A stretch of DNA of 32,000 nt from Methanothermobacter marburgensis str. Marburg (GCF_000145295.1 NC_014408.1:990001-1022000), one strand, 5' to 3'. Positions 9,202-17,611 are shown, counted from the stretch's first letter. Notes: a model not told the origin generated them from the letters alone. A program made the numbers and translations.

Positions 9202-9455
9202 CTGCCTAGATGACCCACTTATTCGAGCATCCTCCTTGAAGTCAAAGAATTTCATCTGCCTAGATGACCCACTTATTCGAGCATCCTCCTTGAAGTCAAA
9301 GAATTTCATCTGCCTAGATGACCCACTTATTCGAGCATCCTCCTTGAAGTCAAAGAATTTCATCTGAACCCGCTGAAATCGGTTATTTGAGCATCCTAAT
9401 GGAAGTTAAAGAATTCATCTGGCTGGATGACTCAATTATTCAAGTAATTTCCTTA
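9184..9455. repeat. 54-bp tandem repeat array (3.4 identical units plus 2 decayed units) spanning the rnp3 start
   Basis: Identical units lie at 9184-9237, 9238-9291 and 9292-9345, with a partial unit at 9346-9366. Decayed units lie at 9346-9401 and 9402-9455. The last one contains the real stop of the upstream gene and is 43/54 identical to the consensus by hand alignment. Confidence 0.95.
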
Positions 9456-9843
9456 TATTCTCAGCTGCAACATCCCTCTTTGCAGGGTAGGCCTCCACCT
9501 TGATCTTGAGGTGTATTGCATCACCGTGCCTTACAGGTTTCCAGATCCCCTCAAGGGCCTCCTGTTTATCCAGTCGGATGAACAGGTTACCGTTTTCATC
9601 GAACCTGCCCTCGAGTTCATCCATTCTGCCCCTGAAGACTTCAATGAATTTTTCCATGAATTCTCTGAGAGCCCTTCTGCGGTCCACCCTGCCCCTTAAA
9701 ACTGTGATGGGGTTTCCATGGTAGCCCTCTGCCATTTCCCTTTCTGGTGCTGCACCGGGTATTATGTTCCTGAGGGCCTCAAGGACCTTTTCCTCGTCCT
9801 CGGTACCGTAAACCATTAGGCGGTAGGAGATGTTGTGTATCAT
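9436..9843 (-). CDS. predicted RNA-binding protein of the exosome superoperon (COG1325/DUF54-like)
   Basis: 135-aa ORF starting MIHNISYRLMVYGTEDEEKVLEALRNIIPG... Its size and its position between rpl15e and rnp3 match the uncharacterised predicted RNA-binding gene of the superoperon. The assignment rests on context and memory. Confidence 0.6.
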   Translation of the reverse strand: MIHNISYRLMVYGTEDEEKVLEALRNIIPGAAPEREMAEGYHGNPITVLRGRVDRRRALREFMEKFIEVFRGRMDELEGRFDENGNLFIRLDKQEALEGIWKPVRHGDAIHLKIKVEAYPAKRDVAAENIRKLLE

Positions 9844-9872
9844 TTTCCTCTAAAAATTAATTGAGTGGGGCT

Positions 9873-10418
9873 TTACCTTACCTTTTCAGCCCCTTTACCC
9901 CTGTTTCGGAGGCCCCTGTTCTTCTTACCTTCACTTGTGAGGCCCCTGAACACACGTCCCCTGTGCTGCTTTTCGCAGATCCAGTTTATTTTGGGGTCAT
10001 TCTTTATTGCTGGGTGGTTTGGATCAACGAGGATGACCTCATAGAACTTGTATTTTCCGTCCTCCCAGACCCAGTAGGAGTTGAGGACCTCCATGTTGGG
10101 GTATTTCCTTGCAACCCTTTCCTCTGCGATCCTCTTTATGCTCTTTGCAGTTGTGATTTTCTTAACACCCATTCTTTTGGGTCTTCTACCTGCCTTGAAC
10201 CTGGTTTTTCTCTGGCTACCGCGCCTCACACGTGTCCTCACGATTATGTATCCAGGTTTTGCCTTGTAACCAAGTGATCTTGCACGGTCTATTCTTGTTG
10301 GCCTTTCAATCCTTTTAATTACAGGGTCCCTTCTCCATTTTGGGGCCCTTTCCCACATAAGCTCCATTACATAGGAGTCCTTTGGATTTTTCCATGCGTC
10401 TTTAACATATTTGTACAT
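9873..10418 (-). CDS. rpl15e: 50S ribosomal protein L15e (eL15)
   Basis: 181 aa starting [57 protein letters not shown]..., canonical for L15e. SD GAGGTG lies upstream. It is the first gene of the superoperon. Confidence 0.96.
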   Translation of the reverse strand: MYKYVKDAWKNPKDSYVMELMWERAPKWRRDPVIKRIERPTRIDRARSLGYKAKPGYIIVRTRVRRGSQRKTRFKAGRRPKRMGVKKITTAKSIKRIAEERVARKYPNMEVLNSYWVWEDGKYKFYEVILVDPNHPAIKNDPKINWICEKQHRGRVFRGLTSEGKKNRGLRNRGKGAEKVR

Positions 10419-10471
10419 TGTTTACACCTCTATTCTGTTCGGCTTTACGCCACATCCATGGGATCGTATCC

Positions 10472-10522
10472 CTTAAAAATAGCGGTTTATGTACTACTAC
10501 ATTTGATGTGGTCACTTAAAAA
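10472..10522 (-). promoter_or_regulatory. two TTTTTAAG TATA-like elements upstream of rpl15e (candidate superoperon promoter)
   Basis: The plus-strand motif cttaaaaa occurs at 10472-10479 and 10515-10522, about 55 and 98 nt upstream of the ATG. A 5-bp hairpin gggat-acg-atccc lies between the proximal box and the SD. Confidence 0.3.
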
Positions 10523-10771
10523 GTTTACTGTTGGTTCCATGAATAAATCTGTTTATGCACGATTTTAGTGTCATTAACCATTTGTGTATGTCTGAATTTA
10601 AGTCCATTAAGCTAGATTAAGCTGGAATTTGATATCCGGTAAACATGATGCAGATAATCCAAATCAGAAAATCATGATATCATCACATATCTTACCGGCT
10701 ATTGATTTTAGTATAATCTATATCTAAATGGAGGTAGATATTAATATAATATTTGTTTCGGGGGGTTGAAT

Positions 10772-12823
10772 GTGAAGTACGTCAAATTTTGCTCTTTGCT
10801 GGCTGTGGCTTTTTTGTTTGTTTTGTTTTTTTCTGGAACTTCAGCAGCTGTTTCACGGAATGAAAGAACTGGAAAAATTTATATGACCATCCAGGAGGCT
10901 ATAGACGATAGTGAAGTTCAGGATACTATAGTGGTGGATGCTGGAACTTATGAAGAAAACATAGTTATAAACAGAGAAAATTTAACTCTGAAAGCAAACG
11001 GAACAGTAATAATAGATGGATGGCGTGACAGAGAACCTGTAATAAATATAACGGCCAATGGGTCAAAAATAAACGGTTTTACGCTGATCAATGGTACTCA
11101 TGGAATATATTCATCTGCTGGCTGGTGTAACCTGACAAAGAACGTCATAAGACACAACGATATAGCAATCTGGCTAATGGACTCCGATAACAGCGTGATC
11201 CAGGAAAATGAAATAACTGATAATACTGGTGGAATAGTTCTAATATCATCAAACAGGAACATTATATCCAGAAATAATATAAGCAGTGAGGGATCCGGAA
11301 TTTCTCTTGAATCCTCAGCTGAAAACACAATTTCCAGTAACATTATAAGAAACTGTCTCAACGGAATCGAAGCTGGGTTCTCACCTTCAAATGTAATCAG
11401 AGAAAACAGGATAGAGGACATAACAGAGAATGCTATTTGCCTTCTGACCTCACTCAACAGTGTCTTAAGGAGTAACTCCATCATCAACGCATCTAGAGCC
11501 ATTAAAATTGGGGGAGGGGACAACTCAGTTGGCCATTTTATCCAGAACATAGATACCTCAAATACCATTGACGGTAAACCAGTCTATTATCTCACTGGAA
11601 TCTCCAACAGGGTCTACAATGGAATCCAAATGGGCTACCTTGCACTTGTGGGCTGCAGGAATGTAACCATAAAAAACGTTGCCCTCTCAAAATGTGGTAA
11701 TGGAATAATACTTGCAAATACAAACAGTTCAAGGATCGAAAACTGCAACATAAGCGATGATGACTATGGTATCTTCCTGTTGCAGTCCAGTAAAAACACC
11801 ATTCAGAGTAACAGGGTACACATGGCCAGATATGATGGTATTTTTATACACTATTCCAGTAACAACACCATTCTGGGAAATAAAATAAGCTTTAGCGGCA
11901 ATAGGGGCATACATGTCACGGGTTCATTCAATACAATCTATGGTAATCTTTTATTGAACAATTCAGTGGGATTACTTATATCAGCTTACAGCAAGGGCAA
12001 CAGGGTCTATGGAAACAGCTTCATAAACAATGGTATTCAGGCGGAAAATGAAGGTGGTTTAACCAATGTTTTCAATCTCACGCGGCCCACTGGAGGTAAC
12101 TACTGGAGCGACTACACCGGGGAGGATAAAAATGGGGATAACTTCGGGGACACTCCCTACACCTTTAGCGGTGGAGCCGACAGCCTTCCGCTCATCAGAG
12201 ATCCTCTGCAGAAACTTAAAGTGGTATCCATGGATCCGCCAAACGGTTCCATGAGCGTTTCAAGGACAAAAAGCCTTGTAATAACCTTCAGCTCCATTAT
12301 CATAGCCGGAACTAAATATTACAGTATAACAGTCAGAAAATCTACAGGTGCTCTAAAATCAATCATCCAGAGTATAAGCGGCAACAGGCTCATCATAACA
12401 CCCGTTGGAGGCTGGGATCCCGGTGTCAAGTTCACAGTCAGAATACCTGTGAATGCCATAGAAAATATTGCAGGAACCACCCTATCAGTGGACTTCACAT
12501 CAAATTTCACGTCTGCCATTGCAGTAACAGCCATTGATCCCAGAAGTGGTGCAACAGGTGTTTCAAGGACCAAAGTAATTGTCATAACATTCAGTAACAG
12601 CATACTTGCCGGCCCCAGCTACAGATCAATAACTGTAAAAACATCTGCCGGCCGGCTGAAGCCCATCAGTAAGAGAATAAGTGGCAACAGGCTCTACATA
12701 AAACCAGTTGGAAGCTGGAGTGCCCGTACAAGGTACATCATCACTGTTCCAAGGACTGCAGTTAAGACCAGCACAGGTAACATGATGGCAGTAGATTTCA
12801 AATCAACATTCACAACAAGATAA
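10772..12823 (+). CDS. secreted/surface protein: signal peptide, parallel beta-helix (PbH1/NosD-like) repeats and two C-terminal Ig-like (SbsA/Big_5-type) domains
   Basis: The N-terminus KYVKFCSLLAVAFLFVLFFSGTSAAVS is a signal/anchor. Residues ~100-440 carry many 22-25-aa repeats of type N.I.GN.I..N..GI.L..S..N.I. Two ~101-aa tandem domains follow. I prefer the GTG 10772 start (GGGGGG 6 nt upstream); the track start is TTG 10766. Confidence 0.75.
   Translation: MKYVKFCSLLAVAFLFVLFFSGTSAAVSRNERTGKIYMTIQEAIDDSEVQDTIVVDAGTYEENIVINRENLTLKANGTVIIDGWRDREPVINITANGSKINGFTLINGTHGIYSSAGWCNLTKNVIRHNDIAIWLMDSDNSVIQENEITDNTGGIVLISSNRNIISRNNISSEGSGISLESSAENTISSNIIRNCLNGIEAGFSPSNVIRENRIEDITENAICLLTSLNSVLRSNSIINASRAIKIGGGDNSVGHFIQNIDTSNTIDGKPVYYLTGISNRVYNGIQMGYLALVGCRNVTIKNVALSKCGNGIILANTNSSRIENCNISDDDYGIFLLQSSKNTIQSNRVHMARYDGIFIHYSSNNTILGNKISFSGNRGIHVTGSFNTIYGNLLLNNSVGLLISAYSKGNRVYGNSFINNGIQAENEGGLTNVFNLTRPTGGNYWSDYTGEDKNGDNFGDTPYTFSGGADSLPLIRDPLQKLKVVSMDPPNGSMSVSRTKSLVITFSSIIIAGTKYYSITVRKSTGALKSIIQSISGNRLIITPVGGWDPGVKFTVRIPVNAIENIAGTTLSVDFTSNFTSAIAVTAIDPRSGATGVSRTKVIVITFSNSILAGPSYRSITVKTSAGRLKPISKRISGNRLYIKPVGSWSARTRYIITVPRTAVKTSTGNMMAVDFKSTFTTR
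12215..12820 (+). repeat. intragenic tandem duplication of a ~303-nt Ig-like domain module
   Basis: 12215-12517 encodes LKVVSMDPPNGSMSVSRTKSLVITFSS...ISGNRLIITPVGGW...SVDFTSNFTS. 12518-12820 encodes IAVTAIDPRSGATGVSRTKVIVITFSN...ISGNRLYIKPVGSW...AVDFKSTFTT. The two are roughly 45% identical at the protein level by eye. Confidence 0.8.
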
Positions 12824-12835
12824 ATAAAAAAATAC

Positions 12836-12850
12836 TTCTTTTCTATTTTT
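12836..12850 (+). terminator. oligo-T tract after the surface-protein gene
   Basis: cttcttttctattttt begins 13 nt after the TAA, matching the archaeal oligo-T termination signal type. Confidence 0.4.
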
Positions 12851-12944
12851 AAATTTTAAGAATATTTATCTAATTTTTGCAAAAGGTGATTTTCAAGAGC
12901 TGATTAATAAAAAACTGAATACCTTAATTTAAAAAAGAATTTAA

Positions 12945-13268
12945 TCAGTCCCCAAGGACCTCATAAAGAATCCTCATTGCCTTCACAAAGGGTGGATTAC
13001 CTGATGTGAGGAGAACAACACGGAGAACGTCAACAATCTCATCCCTTGTAACCCCAAATTCATTTATGGCACTCTGTATCTGCTTTTTAACCGCACGGTC
13101 ATCTGAGTTTGCAGCTGTTATCCCGAGGGCTATGAGTTTCTGTGTCTTGTAGTCAAGAACCTTCCCTGTGTAGGCGGCCTCGTTGAGTTTAACAACTGCC
13201 TCGTAGATGTCAGGATAGTCCTCCTTCACATGGACCATGCCCTTTCCATAGAAAACATCCTCTTTCAT
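12945..13268 (-). CDS. carboxymuconolactone decarboxylase (AhpD-like) family protein
   Basis: 107 aa containing ...LDYKTQKLIALGITAANSDDRAVKKQIQSAINEFGVTRDEIVDVLRVVLLTSGNPPFVKAM..., the CMD-domain pattern. SD GGGAGGTG lies upstream. Confidence 0.7.
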   Translation of the reverse strand: MKEDVFYGKGMVHVKEDYPDIYEAVVKLNEAAYTGKVLDYKTQKLIALGITAANSDDRAVKKQIQSAINEFGVTRDEIVDVLRVVLLTSGNPPFVKAMRILYEVLGD

Positions 13269-13303
13269 ACCTTACACCTCCCGAATCTTATTATGTTCAG
13301 CTT

Positions 13304-13314
13304 GATATTTATAA
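13304..13314 (-). promoter_or_regulatory. TATA box (GTTATAAATATC) for the CMD-family gene
   Basis: The minus strand reads tagTTATAAATAtcaag about 40-45 nt upstream of ATG 13268, just after the oligo-T tract that follows the stomatin gene. Confidence 0.4.
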
Positions 13315-13322
13315 CTAACACC

Positions 13323-13338
13323 AGCTAAAAATAAAAGG
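13323..13338 (-). terminator. oligo-T tract after the NfeD-stomatin operon
   Basis: The minus strand reads ccttttatttttag starting 8 nt after the stomatin TGA (13346-13348). Confidence 0.4.
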
Positions 13339-13345
13339 TGATTAT

Positions 13346-14326
13346 TCACTGTTTTTCCTGAAATTCTGGGGATGCTGGTTTTTTCTCTGCTTCTGATGGC
13401 TCAGATTTTTTCGATGTTTTTTCAGATGCCCTTGAGGGGTCAGAGAGCATCTCTGAGATCCCTGCAATTGAACCCAGAATACCTGTGGCCTCCACAGGGA
13501 GAAGTATCTTTGTGGCCCTTCCATCGGCAACCTTCTCAAGGGCCTCAAGGTATTTGAGTGCTATTATATCATTCGTCGGGTCCCCCTCGTGCATTGCCCT
13601 GAAAACCGAGAGTATGGCCTTGGCCTGACCCTCTGCTATGGCTATCTCCCGGTACTTGTTGGCGTCTGCAACCTTCTTTATGGCCTCGGCCTTACCCTCT
13701 GCCTCAAGGATGGCTGCCTGTTTATCACCCTCAGCCCTCTTTATCTCTGACTGCTTGTAACCCTCTGCCTCGAGGATGGCCGCCCTCTTCATACGTTCGG
13801 CCTTCATCTGCTTTGACATGGCCTCAACTATGTCTCCGGGTGGTTCTATGCGCTGTATCTCCACACGGACAACCCTGGTACCCCACTTGTCTGTGGCCTC
13901 ATCTAGGACCTCGCGGAGCTGGGTGTTTATCATCTCCCTTGATGTGAGGGTCTGGTCCAGTTCAAGGTCCCCTATTATGTTCCTGAGGTTTGTCTGGGCC
14001 AGCTTGGTTATGGCCTGGTAGAAGTCAACCACGTTGTAGACCGCATTGAAGGGGTCAACCACCTCATAGAATATGACGCAGTCCACAACAACGACTGTGT
14101 TGTCCTTGGTTATGACCTCCTGTGGTGGTACATCAACCACCTGCTCCCTCATGTCAACCTTCTTTATGGCCTCTATGAACGGGATTATAACAACGAGGCC
14201 GCTTTCGACTGTCCTCTGATATTTACCGAGCCTTTCAACAACACCCTTCTCGTAGGGTCTGAGTATTTTCAGGCTCTTGAATGCCAGTACAAGGAGTACA
14301 AGTACAATTATTATTTCAAGAAGCAT
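13346..14326 (-). CDS. SPFH/band-7 family protein (stomatin/prohibitin homologue)
   Basis: 326 aa with an N-terminal TM ([16 protein letters not shown]), an SPFH core (...[29 protein letters not shown]...[18 protein letters not shown]...) and a coiled-coil AEAEG repeats region. Confidence 0.92.
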   Translation of the reverse strand: MLLEIIIVLVLLVLAFKSLKILRPYEKGVVERLGKYQRTVESGLVVIIPFIEAIKKVDMREQVVDVPPQEVITKDNTVVVVDCVIFYEVVDPFNAVYNVVDFYQAITKLAQTNLRNIIGDLELDQTLTSREMINTQLREVLDEATDKWGTRVVRVEIQRIEPPGDIVEAMSKQMKAERMKRAAILEAEGYKQSEIKRAEGDKQAAILEAEGKAEAIKKVADANKYREIAIAEGQAKAILSVFRAMHEGDPTNDIIALKYLEALEKVADGRATKILLPVEATGILGSIAGISEMLSDPSRASEKTSKKSEPSEAEKKPASPEFQEKQ

Positions 14327-14329
14327 CTT

Positions 14330-14752
14330 TCATTCCTCCAGTTTTTCAACAACGAGTTTAACTCCCTCAATTGCCTTCACCTTCACCCTGTCACCCTCTT
14401 TAAGAGCCGCGTCTGACCTTGCCCTCCAGGTTTCACCGTCGACCCTCACAAGACCAGAGCTCTGGGGTGTGATTGCCTCTGTCACGGTTCCCTCCCTTCC
14501 TATGAGTCTATCTGCAACCGCCTTCTTTGATGGCTCACCTGTTATGCGCGCGGCGAATGGCCTTGAAATAGCAAGGAGGATAACTGAAACAACAATGAAT
14601 GTAACAAACTGTACCGTTGTATCGAATCCAAGGTATCCAAGTACCGCTGCTGCCAGTGCCCCGAAGGCGAACCAGAGAAGAAAGAATCCCGCGGTCAGCA
14701 TTTCGCCTATGAGGCATATGGCAGCTATTATCACCCATGACTCAGGTCCCAT
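14330..14752 (-). CDS. NfeD-family membrane protein (short form, C-terminal OB fold)
   Basis: 140 aa with three or so TM helices, then ...[50 protein letters not shown], the NfeD C-terminal signature. It ends 3 nt before the stomatin gene, the classic NfeD-stomatin pair. Confidence 0.88.
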   Translation of the reverse strand: MGPESWVIIAAICLIGEMLTAGFFLLWFAFGALAAAVLGYLGFDTTVQFVTFIVVSVILLAISRPFAARITGEPSKKAVADRLIGREGTVTEAITPQSSGLVRVDGETWRARSDAALKEGDRVKVKAIEGVKLVVEKLEE

Positions 14753-14977
14753 GATCCCACCACCAGTTAATAATCTACTCCATGTTTATATTATTTACTG
14801 TTACCCAGTGTTATTCAACTATTAAATATTGTCACAGTCATGGATATAATCATTTATAATATAATATTTTGAAATTTATTATTACGTTTATCGGATTAAT
14901 TGAAATTTTAATAATAATTTTTTATAAAAAAGTATTTATAGTGGTGTCCCATAATAAATTCAACGGAGGTGGAAATC

Positions 14978-15379
14978 GTGAGTGGCGAAGATGAACTGAA
15001 ATTTCTTGTGCTGGGTTACAGGATCAGTGAAGGTAAAACCCAGAGGGAACTTGCAGATGAACTCGGTGCCCATGTGGACATTGTAATAGCAATGGAGAAC
15101 GGCACCTACAGGCACCCCACAAGGAGGCTTCTTAACAGAATCCATGAACTCACCGGGGAATATGAGGTGAAAAGAAGGTACTTCATAAACATTGGAAAGG
15201 GTTACAGGTTGAGGGAAAGGCTTGGACCCCAGTTCAGGTACTTTATCCGTGGCCTTGATAAAATGAAGTACATAAGCATGGAAGAACTTGAGAAGATGCC
15301 AGAAGCCGAATGTTACAGCACCATAGGCACTGTGGACCTGGACGCATTTGAGGTTCTAAGGGCAGGAAAGATGTCCTGA
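14978..15379 (+). CDS. XRE-type helix-turn-helix protein with an uncharacterised C-terminal domain
   Basis: The HTH is ...YRISEGKTQRELADELGAHVDIVIAMENG... I prefer GTG 14978 (GGAGGTGG SD 5 nt upstream); the track start is GTG 14969. Confidence 0.7.
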   Translation: MSGEDELKFLVLGYRISEGKTQRELADELGAHVDIVIAMENGTYRHPTRRLLNRIHELTGEYEVKRRYFINIGKGYRLRERLGPQFRYFIRGLDKMKYISMEELEKMPEAECYSTIGTVDLDAFEVLRAGKMS

Positions 15380-15505
15380 AAATCCACCTATTCTTTAATA
15401 TTTACCATTTTGATCCCTGAAACAGAAAAAGTGTCCTGAAACCCCTCAAATTATTTATTTTTGGATTAGTCAACATTATTAAGGTTCGGATTCATATACC
15501 TAAAC

Positions 15506-16618
15506 ATGAGGTTCATAACACTCATTCTGAAGAATCCGTTCAGAAGCCGTGCAAGGAGTCTCCTTGCAATAACAGGTATCGCGATTGGAATTGCAACCAT
15601 TGTAACCCTTGGAGTGATAACCGAGGGCCTGAAGGCATCAACAGAGAACACCCTCAAGGCGGGTGGCGCCGACTTCACGATTGTGGAGTCCAATGTCTCG
15701 GACATGTTCTTCAGCAAGATAGATGAGGAATACGTGGATAAGGTGCGGAACGTGAGCGGGGTCGAGGACGCTGTTGGAATACTCATGGCTGTACAGCCCC
15801 TTGACGACAACCCCTACTTTGTACTGATAGGGATAGATCCTGCCAAGATAAACATGAGCCAGATAAAGATAACTGATGGCAGGACCCTGACGGATCCAGA
15901 TGCAGATGAGGTCATAATCGGTAAGGTGGCCTCAGAGAACCATGGCAAGGGCGTTGGTGATACAATAAAGATAAAGAACCGTGAGTACCGTATCGTCGGG
16001 ATATTTGAATCCGGTGACATGCAGCAGGACGGAGGGGCCTTTATTTCACTCAAAAAACTCCAGAAAATAGAGGAGAAGGAGGGTAAGGTCACCATGATCT
16101 ACGTTAAAATGACCAGAAATTCAAGGGTGGAGGACGTCACAGACCGCATCGAGAAACGTTACAATGACCTCACAACCATAGCCTCACTTGAGGACCTCCA
16201 GAGCGTTGACCAGGGCCTGCAGACCATAGACACCGCAACCTGGGCCATATCACTCCTCGCCATAATAATAGGTGGAATTGGAGTTATAAACACCATGATA
16301 ATGTCTGTATTTGAGAGAACAAGGGAGATCGGAGTTCTGAAGGCTGTCGGCTGGAGGGACCGCAGGATTCTCGTTATGATACTCGGGGAATCTGTGGTTC
16401 TGACTGTGATCGCAGGTATTGTGGGTTCAGTGCTTGGTGTTGCAGCCATACAGGTGCTCCTTGAGCTTGGAATGAGGGGATTCATAGAGCCAGTATACAG
16501 CCCTGAGATCTTCATGAGGGCCTTTGCAGTCGCCCTCAGCGTGGGTGTTCTCGGCGGACTGTACCCTGCCTACCGGGCATCAAGGCTCGCCCCCACAGAG
16601 GCACTGAGGTACGAGTAG
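15506..16618 (+). CDS. ABC transporter permease, FtsX/MacB-type
   Basis: 370 aa with an N-terminal TM (LLAITGIAIGIATIVTLGVI), a large extracytoplasmic domain and three C-terminal TMs. The FtsX pattern is ...ERTREIGVLKAVGWRDRRILVMILGES... Confidence 0.88.
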   Translation: MRFITLILKNPFRSRARSLLAITGIAIGIATIVTLGVITEGLKASTENTLKAGGADFTIVESNVSDMFFSKIDEEYVDKVRNVSGVEDAVGILMAVQPLDDNPYFVLIGIDPAKINMSQIKITDGRTLTDPDADEVIIGKVASENHGKGVGDTIKIKNREYRIVGIFESGDMQQDGGAFISLKKLQKIEEKEGKVTMIYVKMTRNSRVEDVTDRIEKRYNDLTTIASLEDLQSVDQGLQTIDTATWAISLLAIIIGGIGVINTMIMSVFERTREIGVLKAVGWRDRRILVMILGESVVLTVIAGIVGSVLGVAAIQVLLELGMRGFIEPVYSPEIFMRAFAVALSVGVLGGLYPAYRASRLAPTEALRYE

Positions 16619-16626
16619 GTGGTTCC

Positions 16627-17280
16627 ATGAAGGCCATAGAGGTGAGAAACCTTAAGAAGAGCTTTGATGGGGGTAAGATAAGGGCCCTTAATGGTGTTGA
16701 CCTTGAAGTTGAAATGGGTGAGTTCATCTCAATCATGGGGCCATCAGGTTCAGGTAAATCCACCCTCCTCAACATGATAGGCGCCCTTGATGTCCCTGAC
16801 TCAGGCACCATCAAGGTCGCTGGAAGGGATCTTTCAGAGGAGAGGGACCTGAGTCGTTTAAGGGCCGAGGAAATAGGCTTCGTGTTCCAGCTGCATAACC
16901 TCATACCCAGCCTCACCGCCCTTGAAAACGTTGAGATACCCATGTTTGCTGTGAAGCACGTTAACATGGAGGAGCGTGCAATGGAGCTCCTTGAACAGGT
17001 AGGCCTCGGTGATAAGGCTGACCGGAGGCCCACGGAACTCTCTGGTGGTGAACGCCAGAGGGTTGCAATTGCCAGGGCCCTGGCCAATAACCCGTCAATA
17101 ATCCTTGCAGATGAACCTACGGGGGCTCTTGACTCAAAGACAAGCAGAAATATACTCCAGATGCTTCAGAAGCTTCAGGATGAGGAGGGGGTTACCCTTG
17201 TTGTTGTCACCCATGAGCCCCATGTGGCTGAGATGGCCTCAAGAACCATAAGGATACTTGATGGTGTGATCGTGGATTGA
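16627..17280 (+). CDS. ABC transporter ATP-binding protein (MacB/LolD-like)
   Basis: Walker A GPSGSGKST, Q-loop, signature LSGGERQRVAIARAL, Walker B IILADEPTGALD and an H-loop VVTHE are all present. SD GGTGG lies upstream. Confidence 0.95.
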   Translation: MKAIEVRNLKKSFDGGKIRALNGVDLEVEMGEFISIMGPSGSGKSTLLNMIGALDVPDSGTIKVAGRDLSEERDLSRLRAEEIGFVFQLHNLIPSLTALENVEIPMFAVKHVNMEERAMELLEQVGLGDKADRRPTELSGGERQRVAIARALANNPSIILADEPTGALDSKTSRNILQMLQKLQDEEGVTLVVVTHEPHVAEMASRTIRILDGVIVD

Positions 17281-17611
17281 GGTAAGCGTAGCCAGGGCTT
17301 CATAGGCTCTGGAACTTATAAGAAGGTGACTTTAGCTGGACAACACATCAGCTACTGAAATGTAATTTCAGTGCCCTGTGCAGTAGGCCATTTAAGGTAT
17401 TAAAAGCACTTATTAGTTTTTTAGAGTTTAATGGTCATGAAATCATTTCAAAATCCCTGAATCCCACTTCAAGGTTTTCCTGGTTGAATGCCAGACAAAA
17501 GAATCGTCGATTTATCCTCGGATCACGGGTCAAAGCTCTCCATGCTATCACATGATCATGACATCATATGCAACCCAAATTTGATTAATAAGTTCCAACA
17601 TATTATGAACC

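Noticed and set aside
9184-9455. The tandem array considered as a CRISPR locus
   Set aside because: The units are contiguous with no unique spacers, the period is 54 bp, the sequence is coding-derived and in frame with rnp3, and there are no cas genes in the window.
13287-13351. Possible duplicate of the stomatin 3' end (gattattcac vs ttattatgttcag) about 50 bp downstream
   Set aside because: The match needs gaps, is only about 8 matched bases, and lies in A/T-rich sequence. It is not distinguishable from chance, so it is not counted among the junction duplications.
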